Origin: Nageia nagi
Taxonomy: Eukaryota; Plantae; Pinophyta
DNA length: 64,000 nt
Assembly: GCA_050084985.1 (NCBI GenBank)
Contig: JBITNC010000001.1
Span: 43,028,001-43,092,000, forward strand
Direction: 5' to 3'
Below the pieces are notes generated by a model. It made no database searches. It worked only from the letters and a program-made list of their open reading frames with translations, and was not told where the DNA came from. How positions within the stretch are numbered: position 1 is the first letter of the stretch; every line of letters starts with the position of its first letter. Below, piece by piece: positions 47,501 to 58,357 of this stretch. A program made the translations under genes and the position numbers.

Positions 47501-49514
47501 TCCAATGACTAGTCCACAGTTTGAAAGCAAGTTTTCTCCACTTTTATGAGGGCTCTATTGCAAACAGCACAAATTTAATATAGTAGACAACTTAAGTAAA
47601 TTTTCTTCAAGTATTTCTGCTGTGGTTTCAAGTAACTCTGCCACAGCTCTGTGCAAGATACAAGATAACAATAAAAAAGGCTTTGTGGAATTTATACATC
47701 CATCGTAGTCTCAATAATATAGCAAATAAATTGTAATCAAGCTACAATCAAAACATAGGAAGAAATAGATGCAAACATACTGTGTCAAAATAATAATCAG
47801 GCATCTTGTAATCCTTAAGAAAGATCTCCTTCGGAGCCTCCATGTCTACTTCAGTTTGTGTTGATAGAGGCTGTGTTGCAACAGTACACACCGTCTTGAG
47901 AACTGATAAAGGCACCTGAGAAGTAGTGTTCTTATTAGTAGTCCAAAAAAGCATAGATAATTAATTTCTGTAAGAAATCAATAGGCTCTCTGAATGGAAG
48001 CAAGGACAATTATAAAACTACTCTTGATAGGCCCAGAATGTGACTTTTCTGCCAATTAGGTAACTGCAGGTAACAAGTTGAAATGTTTCAAGAAATTGTA
48101 TTTAAACTCAAACATTGAATTCAAACAAGTATACCTTTGGAAATAACTTTGAATTGAATTTTTGAAAACACCGTGCACAAGATCTAGATAAACTGGGGTA
48201 GATAACAGCCCTAGTCTGCAAAAAAACCAGCCACATAAGTATTCATCGTTAGTGCATCCTTGACTTGCATCTTGAATGAAATTACTGAGGTGAATTTCAA
48301 CAGTAGATTATTTAACATGAAGATCAAACTAAACTAAGGGCAAGCTCTCATGAGTAAGGTACTGCTCCTATCTTTTACTGCCCAGATCATCCCATTAAAT
48401 ATGTGTAACAGAAAACTTCACAAAACAGAATCTTGAGCTAAAAAACTGGAGCAGACATTTTAAGATATATTAAGGTATTTTATAGCCAGACGACATTCTT
48501 GATCTACTTTAATAGTTTTCCATTCAATCCTTTTAGTGGGAATCTTATATCTCTTTTCCTACATTGTCACAAAGATGCTATAGCTAATCCCCATTAAGAG
48601 TATTTTACTTCAACGAGACCCTGAACTTTCTTCGCATTATCTTGATAATTAATTTAAGAAGCACCAGAGAAAATTACAAAACAAGTCATTTAAGCCCCAG
48701 AAATAAATGCAATAGTAAATCTTCTGTATGCATAAATTGTAATATAATTTATTCAGAGCCAAAATTAATGTATTTTCTATGAGTGCATTTATTTCTGAAG
48801 TTGTTTGATGTTTTTCATGTGTTCAATCATTGTAAAACTCTTGTCGCCCTATATAATATTAATTACAAATGCATTCAAAAGGAGAACGGTCTCTCAATGT
48901 TGGAAAGAAATTTATTTCAGAAAGCAATGCCTCAATAAATAACATTTGGTTCCAGATAACAAAGAAATGCCACCCTGACAAAAGTCTAAACTAAGCTCAA
49001 CTGTAAAAGAGCCATGGAGCCATGCAAAACATTCTCAATACCAAATAAATAAAATACAGCAAACTAAGAATATTTCCGTTTGATTTATCTTTTAGTGAAA
49101 ATGCTAAGATGGGTGAAAAAGGCAAAACTTAAACTGACTGCACAAAAGATTTTAAGAAGGAACTTTGGGAAACAAGGATTTGATCATACTGACTAAAGTC
49201 TAAACTAAGCTAAACTGTAAAAGAGCCATGCAAAACATTCTCAATACCAAACAAATATAATAAAGCAAACTAAGAATGTTTCCTTTTGATTTATCTTTTA
49301 GTGAAAATGCTAAGGTGGGTGAAAAAGGCAAAACTTAAACTGACTGCACAAAATATTTTAAAAAGAAATTTGGGAAACAAGAATTGTGATTGATCACAGG
49401 TAATAAAGACGAAGAGTCGAATGCAGCGGTGGCCGTGCCAAAGCAAAGCCGCGAAGAAATTACCGACGCCAACCCTAACCCGGGCCTCTGGCACGGCCCA
49501 ATCAGCCTTGCCAT
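5429..49514 (-). CDS. MPA1: M1-family zinc aminopeptidase (aminopeptidase N / puromycin-sensitive, PepN-like), 32 coding exons, about 977 aa, N-terminal transit-peptide-like extension
   Basis: Hand-spliced GT-AG exons in consistent phase: 49514-49398, 48215-48135, 47915-47781, 46226-46151, 45820-45744, 43224-43111, 43022-42948, 41892-41785, 41697-41485, 41387-41326, 41064-41037, 40924-40838, 40724-40699, 40348-40285, 40195-40115, 37737-37690, 37584-37566, 37361-37357, 37229-37218, 37107-37051, 34015-33906, 33823-33743, 33584-33401, 33217-33069, 32959-32821, 32733-32587, 27567-27486, 27386-27211, 27008-26898, 26489-26373, 26245-26174, 5509-5429. Total 2934 nt, no internal stop seen. Motifs: [108 protein letters not shown]. 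Symbol from recalled similarity to Arabidopsis At1g63770. The first two exons are less certain. Confidence 0.93.
6805..8660 (+). mobile_element. Internally deleted Ty1/copia remnant (gag, protease, partial integrase, RNase H end, 3' LTR)
   Basis: [25 protein letters not shown]; RG-rich tract plus CYYCNKFG; [13 protein letters not shown]; NLLSVGQ; then a jump to [14 protein letters not shown]...DIFTKG; purine tract then TGTTGAAG at 8217; RT missing; right boundary approximate. Confidence 0.8.
10043..13836 (+). mobile_element. Full-length hAT DNA transposon (3.8 kb)
   Basis: TIRs CAGTGTTCCAC / GTGGAACACTA; 8-bp TSD ataaaaac (10035-10042) / gtaaaaac (13837-13844); CGTCCCC-like subterminal motifs. 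Confidence 0.9.
10706..13364 (+). pseudogene. hAT transposase pseudogene (BED finger, DUF659, dimerisation domain), 4 introns
   Basis: [19 protein letters not shown]; [10 protein letters not shown]; [11 protein letters not shown]; [23 protein letters not shown]; introns 11645-11735, 12146-12271, 12452-12541, 12876-13040; stops and frameshifts. Confidence 0.88.
15226..15654 (+). mobile_element. Endogenous caulimovirid (pararetrovirus) 30K-type movement protein fragment
   Basis: [98 protein letters not shown]...[14 protein letters not shown] matches the Caulimoviridae MP pattern QV..PL.R.GL, D.RH..F..SL.G, GP....PN; no stops. Confidence 0.85.
15675..18851. repeat. Long inverted repeat: arms 15675-17023 and 17506-18851, spacer of about 480 bp holding the PPT/LTR
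   Basis: Right arm is the reverse complement of the left (e.g. GATCCGTCGATGAG vs CTCGTCGACGGATC; ACTTTCTCAATTTCC vs GGAAATTGAGGAAGT); roughly 90% identity by eye. Confidence 0.9.
15675..25708. mobile_element. Rearranged cluster of Ty3/gypsy chromovirus (Galadriel-like) fragments in alternating orientation
   Basis: Segments: 15675-15878(-) PR/RT linker; 15885-17503(+) INT-chromodomain-PPT-LTR; 17506-18641(-) INT/CHD; 18648-21530(+) RT-RH-INT; 21530-22518(-) PR and RT start; 22520-25708(+) RT-RH-INT-CHD-PPT-LTR. Motifs [54 protein letters not shown]; PPT GTGGGGGAGAA|TGT; no 5' LTR or PBS seen. Confidence 0.92.
26174..27567 (-). CDS. MPA1: Aminopeptidase exons 27-31 (C-terminal helical domain)
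   Basis: VENNRSS...[51 protein letters not shown]...[16 protein letters not shown]...[31 protein letters not shown]. Confidence 0.95.
30596..32487 (+). mobile_element. Degenerate non-LTR retrotransposon, RTE/RTEX-like RT
   Basis: [73 protein letters not shown]...CCLC...HFVFRCP; short A-tail near 32487; frameshifted. Confidence 0.8.
32587..34015 (-). CDS. MPA1: Aminopeptidase exons 21-26
   Basis: [92 protein letters not shown]. Confidence 0.95.
34650..36660 (+). mobile_element. Highly degenerate L1 ORF2 3' part (zf-RVT and RNase H remnants)
   Basis: [11 protein letters not shown] near 35910; [11 protein letters not shown] at 36338-36370; internal duplication 36181-36345 / 36381-36546; A-rich end near 36645. 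Confidence 0.6.
36801..37020. repeat. Minisatellite, 4 x 55 bp
   Basis: Units start at 36801, 36856, 36911, 36966: aaggttcctttaattctgtaaactaaggaaatactacaaatgctcatcattttac. Confidence 0.95.
37051..37737 (-). CDS. MPA1: Aminopeptidase exons 16-20 (48, 19, 5, 12 and 57 nt; includes microexons)
   Basis: [16 protein letters not shown] | MDNFYT-G | TG ACG | VYEK | [19 protein letters not shown]; each flanked by AG/GT. Confidence 0.92.
38830..39085. mobile_element. hAT-type MITE (256 bp)
   Basis: Perfect 8-bp TSD gttacaac at 38822-38829 and 39086-39093; decayed TIRs CAACATTGCATG / TACGTAACACAG; subterminal motifs like the large hAT. Confidence 0.65.
40115..43224 (-). CDS. MPA1: Aminopeptidase exons 6-15 (includes GAMEN and HEXXH-x18-E catalytic motifs)
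   Basis: [73 protein letters not shown]|[30 protein letters not shown]. Confidence 0.96.
44600..45345 (+). mobile_element. hAT (DUF659) transposase relic
   Basis: [14 protein letters not shown]; [13 protein letters not shown]; [14 protein letters not shown]...FPAIFWT; TIR-like ttttaaaacacta near 45333-45345. Confidence 0.7.
45744..49514 (-). CDS. MPA1: Aminopeptidase exons 1-5 (transit peptide and start of mature protein)
   Basis: [17 protein letters not shown]..., [17 protein letters not shown]..., VCTVATQP...[47 protein letters not shown]. Confidence 0.8.
48976..49383. repeat. Tandem duplication of about 200 bp in intron 1
   Basis: 48976-49178 and 49189-49383 share aagtctaaactaagct...tttgggaaacaag. 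Confidence 0.9.
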
Positions 49515-52500
49515 TACACTAAATATCCACTCCCCTTCCCTTCAATCAGCAAGACAAACCACAGATTTCCATAATCAAAAAACTGTACATCCCAATAACA
49601 TCAAACCAAAAATACTACAGACAAAGGGATCAACAATCTGTAAAATCCTACGATCTAAAGATTCAAGGCTGGTTAAAGACCTGATATCTGGCAATTTCTA
49701 GGGTTTAAGAGTGGATCTTCACCGGAGGAAAATTTAAAAAAAAAAATATCGCCGGAATTGAGTTAACGTAGAATGAAAATGTGAGGCAGACGTTGGTGTA
49801 AGGCTTATCTTACCTTGAATTAGGACCAAGTAACAGTGGAGGCCACGCTTCTGCTGCTCCAAAGAAGGGAGTTAAACATCAATTATCGAATATCCAAAGG
49901 TGCTTCTATTCGGAATTGAGATTAACGTTCATATTACTTTTATAACATTGTATTTAGTGTTTCAAAAATCGGTTTTAAAATCAAGAAAAATCTAAAAATG
50001 ATAAAAAAAATTGGAATATTTAGATAAAAATCAGTTTTAAAACCAAGAAAAATCTAAGAAAAAGAGAAAAAATTGGAATTTTTAGATAAAAATCAGGAAA
50101 AAATATATTTATCAGCAAAATTAGGATTTATCAAAGATTTTTTTGAAACAAATGAACTTATTTAGTAGTTTCCACAATTGATTCAATATTACAATACTTA
50201 CTATCAAAAAATAGTTTACATAAGGTGAATTGATTACGTGGGTAATTTTCAATCATATGGTTTGAGGTAAGTTTTAAAGTTTACAAATTTTTCTTTCAAA
50301 ATTTGAAAAAAAAAATTATTATGAAAATAAAAGATAATAATATGATTAGTTCTTGTGTTTTAAAAATAATTGAATTTCTTTAGGTAAGTTAAAGGGTATC
50401 TATTCTATCAAATTGGTTCTCATTTAACCTTGTCAACACCTACCAAGGACTTGCAATTTTGTTGACTTATAAAAGTGAATGAGATTTGAACCTAGATCTC
50501 TTTATTTTAATGGAGAGTTTTAGCTACTTTCTACCCACCAACTCCTTTAACATATTCATATTAAGATATTTATTTTGCATACCACATTATCAAGAGATAA
50601 GATAGATTTCTCAATATTGGTGCTTCTTAGTATTTTCTAGATATATATTTAAGATATATGAGTTTATTAAATTAATCTTATAATAAAAAAAAAATGATTT
50701 CTCGAGATTGGTGCCTTTTGGTATTTTCTAGTTATGTGACAAATATCATATAGGACATCTCTTTCAATTTTACGCTTGCTTCATTATTGTTTGTTACATT
50801 TTTTCAATTGTAAATAACTCATATGAATATTATTCCTTTAATAAATGTCAATTATTGTTATCTTTACAATACTTATGAATAGGTGTGCTTATTCTCTTGC
50901 ATGTAGAACAAATATGAGGGTTTACAAAGAGTATTCTATATATATGCCTTCACTACTTGATCAAGAGAAGCCCATCATATGAGAAAGATCTCATGGCATC
51001 TTGCAAGAATAATGAATAACCAAGCTAGGAGTGAGTCAAGTAGATATTTTGAGCATGAGATTGGTCAGTTAGATATAAGAAGGTAATTTGGTAAAATAAA
51101 AAAGGAAAAAGTAATAATATGGTGAAAGTTTTAAACCACCATATTAGGATCTTTTAGAGCAATTATAAACCATCATAATATACCATAAGAGGGTAATTTA
51201 TAATTATTGTAAAAGACCCTAATACGATGGTTTTAAACCACCTTCATAAGAATAAACTAAGGTGATTTCTCATGAAAATTTTTAACCATCGTCATATGGT
51301 GTTAACTTTTTAATGACACCCTCATAGACAATAGTTGAATAATTATCATTAAATATCTTTTATAGTAGTTATTAACACCTAAAAAGGAATTTTAATTTAA
51401 TTAAAATACCCTTTTAGGTATTCAAAATAATGTATTTAATTTATTAAATAAATATTTTTATCAATGTGCACTCTCATCTACCTTTATGTTTTATAATAAC
51501 AGGTCGACTTAGCATCACAATAAGCTTAAGGAGGAACCTTAGCTCTAGACCTGTTACCTATAAAGGAGGAGAGGTTATGCATAATCAATGATATGATATG
51601 ATATGATATAATCCCAAATCTTTTATAGGTGAAAATATACTTGTGTCATTTTTGACTTGTGTTTCTTAATGCCACCTATCATTTCTAGATATTGTTATAC
51701 TTTGAGCTCTCCATTTCTACAATCTTTCATCCATCGAGAGCGATATTCTAAGCATTAAAGGGCAACACTATTGGGTTCCTAGTGTCAACCTTGGGTTGAG
51801 GTTAGTTTCGTAGCTCCGTTATTCAGAGAAGCTCATCATTCATCCTTTTTCGATTGGATATCATCTTCGATTATCATCATAGGTAAAGTACAAGTTTGTA
51901 TCTTCTGTAAATCCAGTTTGGTAGGTCAAGGTCAATTAGGTCATTGTTATTTTTTATGTCATCATTTTTCTATTATTTCGTAGTTAGCTAGTTAAATGAA
52001 ATATTTGTAAATAACCCTAATAATTAATTTTTTGGTTATAACAATTGGTAAATTTAACTTCTTTTTGATACATCACGTCATTCTTCAATAGTTACATCAA
52101 AACCCTAAGGTTTTGGATAAGAATAATATTTTATTTCAAGTGTTTCAGAAATAAAACCAACTAAGTTTCTTACCATGGTCAATAGCTTTAATGAGGCAAC
52201 CAAAGCTAATCTAAAGAAAATGCTTTATGGAAATGAAGAAAGAAGTGAAGCCTCTAACATTGGGGGTAAAAGTCAATCTAATGGAGTTGCTCCGCCCATG
52301 TTTAGAGATTCAAATCTACTATGTGACAAAATTTGTAATACTAGGGTACTGAATTTGCAAGTGAAACTTATTTTTGATACATATAATAGTTAGGGAGATC
52401 CTATAGCTCATATCAAAGCTTTAAAGGTAAAGTTTGGATTGAAGTTTAGGGTGAATAATAATTTGATGGCTAAGTACTTCCCTACTACATTCAAAGGTGA

Positions 52501-55500
52501 TGTGCTCAATTGGTACTTCTCTTTACCTATAAAATCCATTAATTATTATGCATAACTTATCTCAGAATTTTATATCCATTTCAAATATTATGCTCTTAAA
52601 CAGATGATAGTTTCATATTTAGTTAGTGTTATCCAAGATTCAAATGAGAGATTTAACAAATGTGTACAAAGATTCCAGAAAATATGAAGCATGATTCTTG
52701 AACCTCTATTCGAGTCTCATGTCACATCCATATTTTTCCATAATATCCATTTCAAATTAAAATTCATAGCTTTAGATTATATGACACTACTATTTATAGG
52801 AATTATGCATAGGCTTACCCAAAAAGAGAAGCTCTTGCCATTACATTCAAGGATTATTTACAAAATGGACTAGTCAAATGTGGTCCAAAGCAAGAACTAG
52901 GTCCTCATGATGAAAAACATAGTTGGTACAATGAAGCAAAATTTTGCTAATATCATAATGTTAAAGATCACAAAATGAATGCTTGCATGATCCTAAGGAA
53001 AATAATTGTGAAAATTGTTAGATGACGAAAAAATATAGTAGGAGGCTTGTGTAGTTGATTCAAAGGAAGTCGAATCCCTCATGATAAACTTCATCTTCAA
53101 CCAAGAACTTTGTGGTGTTGCTAGGAGATGAAGACCTAGACAGAGCATCAATCCAACTATAATAGAAAAAATGAAGCTCCCTTGTAATTTTGATACGCAA
53201 CAAATCCTTAAGCAAATAAAGGTATTTCATGCTACGATAAGTATTTACAAACTTTTATAATTATTAATTGATCATATAAATGCTTTATTTGATTCACTTA
53301 AGAAAATTGAAGTTGATGTGGATATTCTTGTTGCTAAATTTGTAGAACTAGTAGCTAATCTTTTTACTGATTTAGTTTGTAACATGCTTTGCTTTCAAGA
53401 GAGTGAATTACCTCGTGAAGATGTTATTGAAAAGAATTTGGGATTATATATTTGTGTTAATATTGATGGTATTCATGTTAAAAAAGCATTGATTGACATT
53501 GATTCTAATGTAAATATTTGTTCAGTTGAATTGTTGCAAAAATATTTTTCTTCGACTTATGCAAAAATGAAGAGAACCACCATTAGCATAAAAGGGTTTG
53601 ATAATATTGAAAAAGAATGTGTCGGATATGTTTCTATGCCTATTGAAGTAAGTGGTAAACCTAGTTATCAAAAAGTTTATATTTTCAAGTGAAATTGCCA
53701 TATCAAAAGTTTATATTTTTCAAGTGAAATTGCCATATAACTTATTGCTTGGTAGACCATGGATCCATAAAATTAGGGTTGTTACTTCCACATTGCATTG
53801 ATTGATTAAGTTTATGCATAAAAGCAAGTACATTACTATTCATACAAAATATAATCCTATATATGTATGTCAAGAAGTTGAGAGGTTTTGGATCCCTCGC
53901 AATTTGTTCAAAAGTGAGGAGGATGCACCAACACCTATCAATGATGTCAATATGTAAGAGTACGTCTTTAAGCATATAAAATCCTAAATATTGATATATG
54001 GGAGAACTTTAGAGAGCTTGGATGACCTTGTTCCATCTTGGAAACTCAGTGTTGCCACCTAAAGGAGGATGAAATTGAGCACTATCGCTAAGTTCCTGAG
54101 AAGGATGAATATCTCCTTGAAGATGTGAATGTGCTTTATCAGGAACATGAAGAAAAAAAGTGCATCAAAAAATGAAGATACCACTTCAGCCTCATAAGTT
54201 TCTTTAAGCTAGGTAAGTATGCATTTCAATAGTATTGATTATACTTTTGCTAACCAAAACATGCATAAATGTTAATATGGTGAAAAAGGATTAGGTAATA
54301 ATGGGCAAGGTATCATAGAGCTTATTCCAAATGAAGATTAACACAAGAGAATAACTAGTGTGGGATTTGATGAGTTGATACCTACCTCATCCTCATCAAC
54401 TCCAACCATTCAGCATATTGATAATAGTGTTCAAGGCTACACTAGAGATATTTCGATGAATGTTTGCATTGTAGCATGATGCATGGTCCATGGAGGAGTT
54501 ATAGGCTTACTATGTAGACCATTCTTACCTCTACTACTCTAGTTCAAGTGGACATCTTCTAGAATCATGATGCTATCCTTTAGAAGTTGGGGGCATGGAG
54601 TGAGTTCCTAAGTCCAATGAAAAGAGGCTCACAACTTGGTTTATATGACATTAGGCTTATTTTGGTAAGGAGGTTTGCATAAATGATGTAAATATTGTAG
54701 GTTAGATCCTTACCCCTTTCTCTTTGCTTTCTATTATTTTTCATCAAATTAATCATAGGTCTAGGTAGTTAGTATTTCATTATCACTCATCCCTTTTCCT
54801 TAACGAAGTGACGTTGTTAGGATCCTAACATCATTGCTCCATTATTCACATCTCTTATGACTGATTTTGGATGCAAGAATGGGGGAATTTTCGATGCCTC
54901 CCTAACTTAGTGATGAAATATCCTATCTTAGTGAAGAAATAATAGAAGTAAACATTGATACCCAAGAGGATCCAAAGTTGATCATGTTAGAATTTGTAAT
55001 GAAATATTGTGAATATCTAAACTCCTTGTAAATTCAATTAATCACTTAAAGGATATGTAGATACCTTAAGGGATTAATTGAATTCTTCATTATGTAGACT
55101 TTGACTTTACCATGTGGTTAGTTGGTAGGTTAAAGTTAGGTGATACATTTATTGTAACCCTAACCTTACCCTTGGGTTAAAGGGAGGTTAGGGAGGTGCT
55201 CTCAAGCTATAAATAGAGGGCCTCTCCTCTTGTAACATAACTAAGTTTTTGGAGTAAGATTACTCTACTATTTTGTGTAGGAGAGAAAGAGAATTGTTGT
55301 AAGAGGTGCATAGATTGAGAATTGAGAACTAGTTGTGGATGTACTCCAAGGAGGAGGAACCACATTATATTTGTGTTATCTTGTGTATGATTGAGTTTCC
55401 TAGTCTTGGACCTTGAGGATTAGAGTAGGTCTAAATCCTTCAATTGGTATCAGAGCTTGGTGTGGAAGCTCTTCTTCTTGGTGTGGAAGCTCTTTTTCGT

Positions 55501-56374
55501 GTGAAGCTCTTATTCCTTCAATTTTAAGGTCTTGGTGAGGTAAATTCCAAGAGAAGGTATAAATTTCCCCTCCTTTGGTTATCTTATGGATTATTTCATT
55601 TTGTACTAACATTCTTTTATGATTATGTTAGTATAACTCCTAGCAAACATTGCCTCAATAACATAATATATTATTGCTCATTTTGTTTGTTTTACTAACA
55701 ATCTTTTATGTTAAGTGATTGGGCAATAATACATTATGCAAAATTTGCAATTTGTATACTAACATTTTTTGATTAGTTGCAATATTGCTATTGTTTTCTT
55801 TTACATACCTTCAATTGGTACCTTCTATGATTACTTGCAATTTTTAATTACTACATTTTAAGGGGTTATTATACTTAGGGTAATATTACAAAGGTAGTGT
55901 TATATTGTAATATTACAAATTATACATAAAAAAAATTTAGTAAGAAATATAATTCAATCTTTCTTACTAACCTTTCTTTTGGGGTACATTTTTTTAAAAA
56001 ATTTACTACAAAAGTTTAGAATATAAATTGCATATATCTACACTATCTTGTGTTGAAACAAAGGAATTTTTGTTTAAAAGTTCCTTAAAATCATAAAATT
56101 TCTGATTTTTGCATATATATATATTTAAAAAAAAATAACATATAATTATCACCATTTTTATATATAAAAAAAAATATTATTATATATAAAAAATTTAAGG
56201 GGGGGTCACTAAACAACACGGTCAAATAAAATGGTACGTTGAAAGGGCCTACGTGGTAGGGTGAGCCAGCCAGGGTGAGCCACTCTAACCTATCTACGTG
56301 CCTCTCCACCCTTGCACATCACCAACTATCGCACGATCCCCTCCAACTCCACGTCATTTGTATGCATAATGCGA

Positions 56375-56632
56375 AAGCGAAAGGAAAGCACGTGAGTTAT
56401 TTGACACGATGCAAGTGCAGATAGAGTTTCATGGACTGCAATGATCGTAGGATATGCATAAAATGAAACGTAGGAAAGGCACATGAATTATTTGACAAGA
56501 TGCAGATAGAGTTTCATGGACTGCAATGATCACAGGATATACACAAATAGAACGTTATGAGGGTCATGCATGATGCAGACACAGTTTCATGGACTTCAAT
56601 GATCGTAGGATATGCACAAAATGGATACGTTG
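56375..56632 (+). pseudogene. Captured PPR-motif fragments (about 3 decayed repeats) in the copia leader
   Basis: ARELFDTM..DRVSWTAMIVGYA; AHELFDKM..RVSWTAMITGYTQ; MHDADTVSWTSMIVGYAQNGYV. Confidence 0.75.
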
Positions 56633-58357
56633 CAAGGAACTTCCATGGTTGCCTTCTTATAGTAGCCACCTTCACTTATGCTTCTAACAAAGCTTGCTTG
56701 CTCTTGAGAGAATACGCTTCCTCCTCGTCCACACCCCTAGCCTTCCGAGCCAATGATGCCGGTTTGATTCCCGCTACCCACCGCTCATATTGCTTGCATG
56801 CGTTGCCCAGCCTGGTGAAAGAAACATGTACTTCGACCTCATGCTGCTTTTTTCTCTCCCTCTCATGCGCTGTTTCCTCCTCTCCTCACAGTAGTCACCC
56901 TCATGCGTTGTACAAAGACAAGAATTCAAAGCTTATGCCCTTGTCCTTTGAAATGGGGAGTGGTTCGTGAAACATTTGTAGATCCTCATGCACAGCAACA
57001 ATGCTCTCGATCAAAGCTATCTGGCTACCCACGCGCCTTACCGCCTCCACCACCCTCCACCAGCCTCTCAACCTCCACGCGACTTAAAACATGACCACCT
57101 TCCAATTTTTTTTCCACAAATAGTTGTTGAGTCTTTAATTTTTTTTTACCAACTACAAAGGGATTTGATTTTTTATGTCTAGGTCTAAATTAAACATTTA
57201 AGGGATTTTTCCTAAAATCCTATGCTATTTTTAAAGTAAACAAAGACAATATTTACTTAAAATACATACTTCAAAGACCAATTTTTTTAGGGATAACACA
57301 TTAAGTGAAAAGGAGGGAGGAACCATACTTAAAAGACATTTTAGCATCCCAGTTTAAGAACTTTAAGTAAACAAGGGGGGAATTTGTATAATTTTTTACT
57401 TAAATCTTTTTCTAGATCTTGCATGGATCTTGCATGTTAAATTTTATAATGCATGCCTCTTAACCTTGTTAGGAATAAAGCATGCTTAGTACTTAAAAAT
57501 TTAAGTTAAATAATGCATGATGCATATTTATTACTTAATTTTTAAGTCATGAATAATGCATGATTAAGTTATGGATTAATGCTAAGTAGGACTTAGCCTT
57601 TTAAAATTCATTAAAGTGTTTTAATGAATTTTTGAACTTGAGCAAAGTATGCAAAATGTAAAAAAGTCCTTTAGGGGTTAGTACAAAACCATTGGACTCT
57701 TAAAGTTTCAAGTTCGTGTGGATGAAGTATTTTACTTTATATTTTTGCACAATTGCTTTATACTTGCAAAATGCAAAATATTGAAAGTAACCCCTAAAAT
57801 GAACACATCGCATGTATTTTTCTACAACATGACTTGTTTGGGGAGCCACGAGGTGAGGACAGGGCAGACTGGAGCCTTTTAGTTCGAAAAAACCAAGTGG
57901 TGGTAAGTCCGTCTTAATTGCCCTAAGACCTCTGTTGGATTGGACATAACTCTATTAGGTGGACAGGCATGTGTGTAGTGATACCACATATCCGCACGTC
58001 CATTCAGGATTATCCTGATAACCTAGGAGGAAAATTGAAAAAACTTAAATAAGATAATTAAAATGGTCGGTCCAAAATACATCGGATCCTTAGAAAATAG
58101 TTGGTACTTCTCCTTGTGAGAGTATATTACTGACCAAGTGAACTAGTTGAGGACTGGTAGTACCTGGGCTCCACCTTGCGGGCATCCAGGTGAAGGCCTA
58201 ATTCTATACAAGAAAACAACCTTAACTTTATCCTTCTACGGATCATGGTTTATAAGTTTGCACATGTGGGACATGTTTACTTATTATATGTTTGATTTGT
58301 ATAGATGGTAAATTGTAAAAATTTATTCATTTCTTGCTTATTTACTTTTTTGTAGCA

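Noticed and set aside
5429-49514. Bacterial pepN contamination or recent horizontal transfer
   Set aside because: 31 spliceosomal introns and a transit-like peptide; PepN-like M1 peptidases are standard in plants
50951-51370. CACTA remnant (CACTAC start, AAACCACC/AAACCATC repeats)
   Set aside because: Termini do not pair and no 3-bp TSD; too decayed to support
56557-56970. Functional PPR gene
   Set aside because: Only one recognisable motif in this frame; adjacent motifs are frameshifted; lies inside a retrotransposon leader
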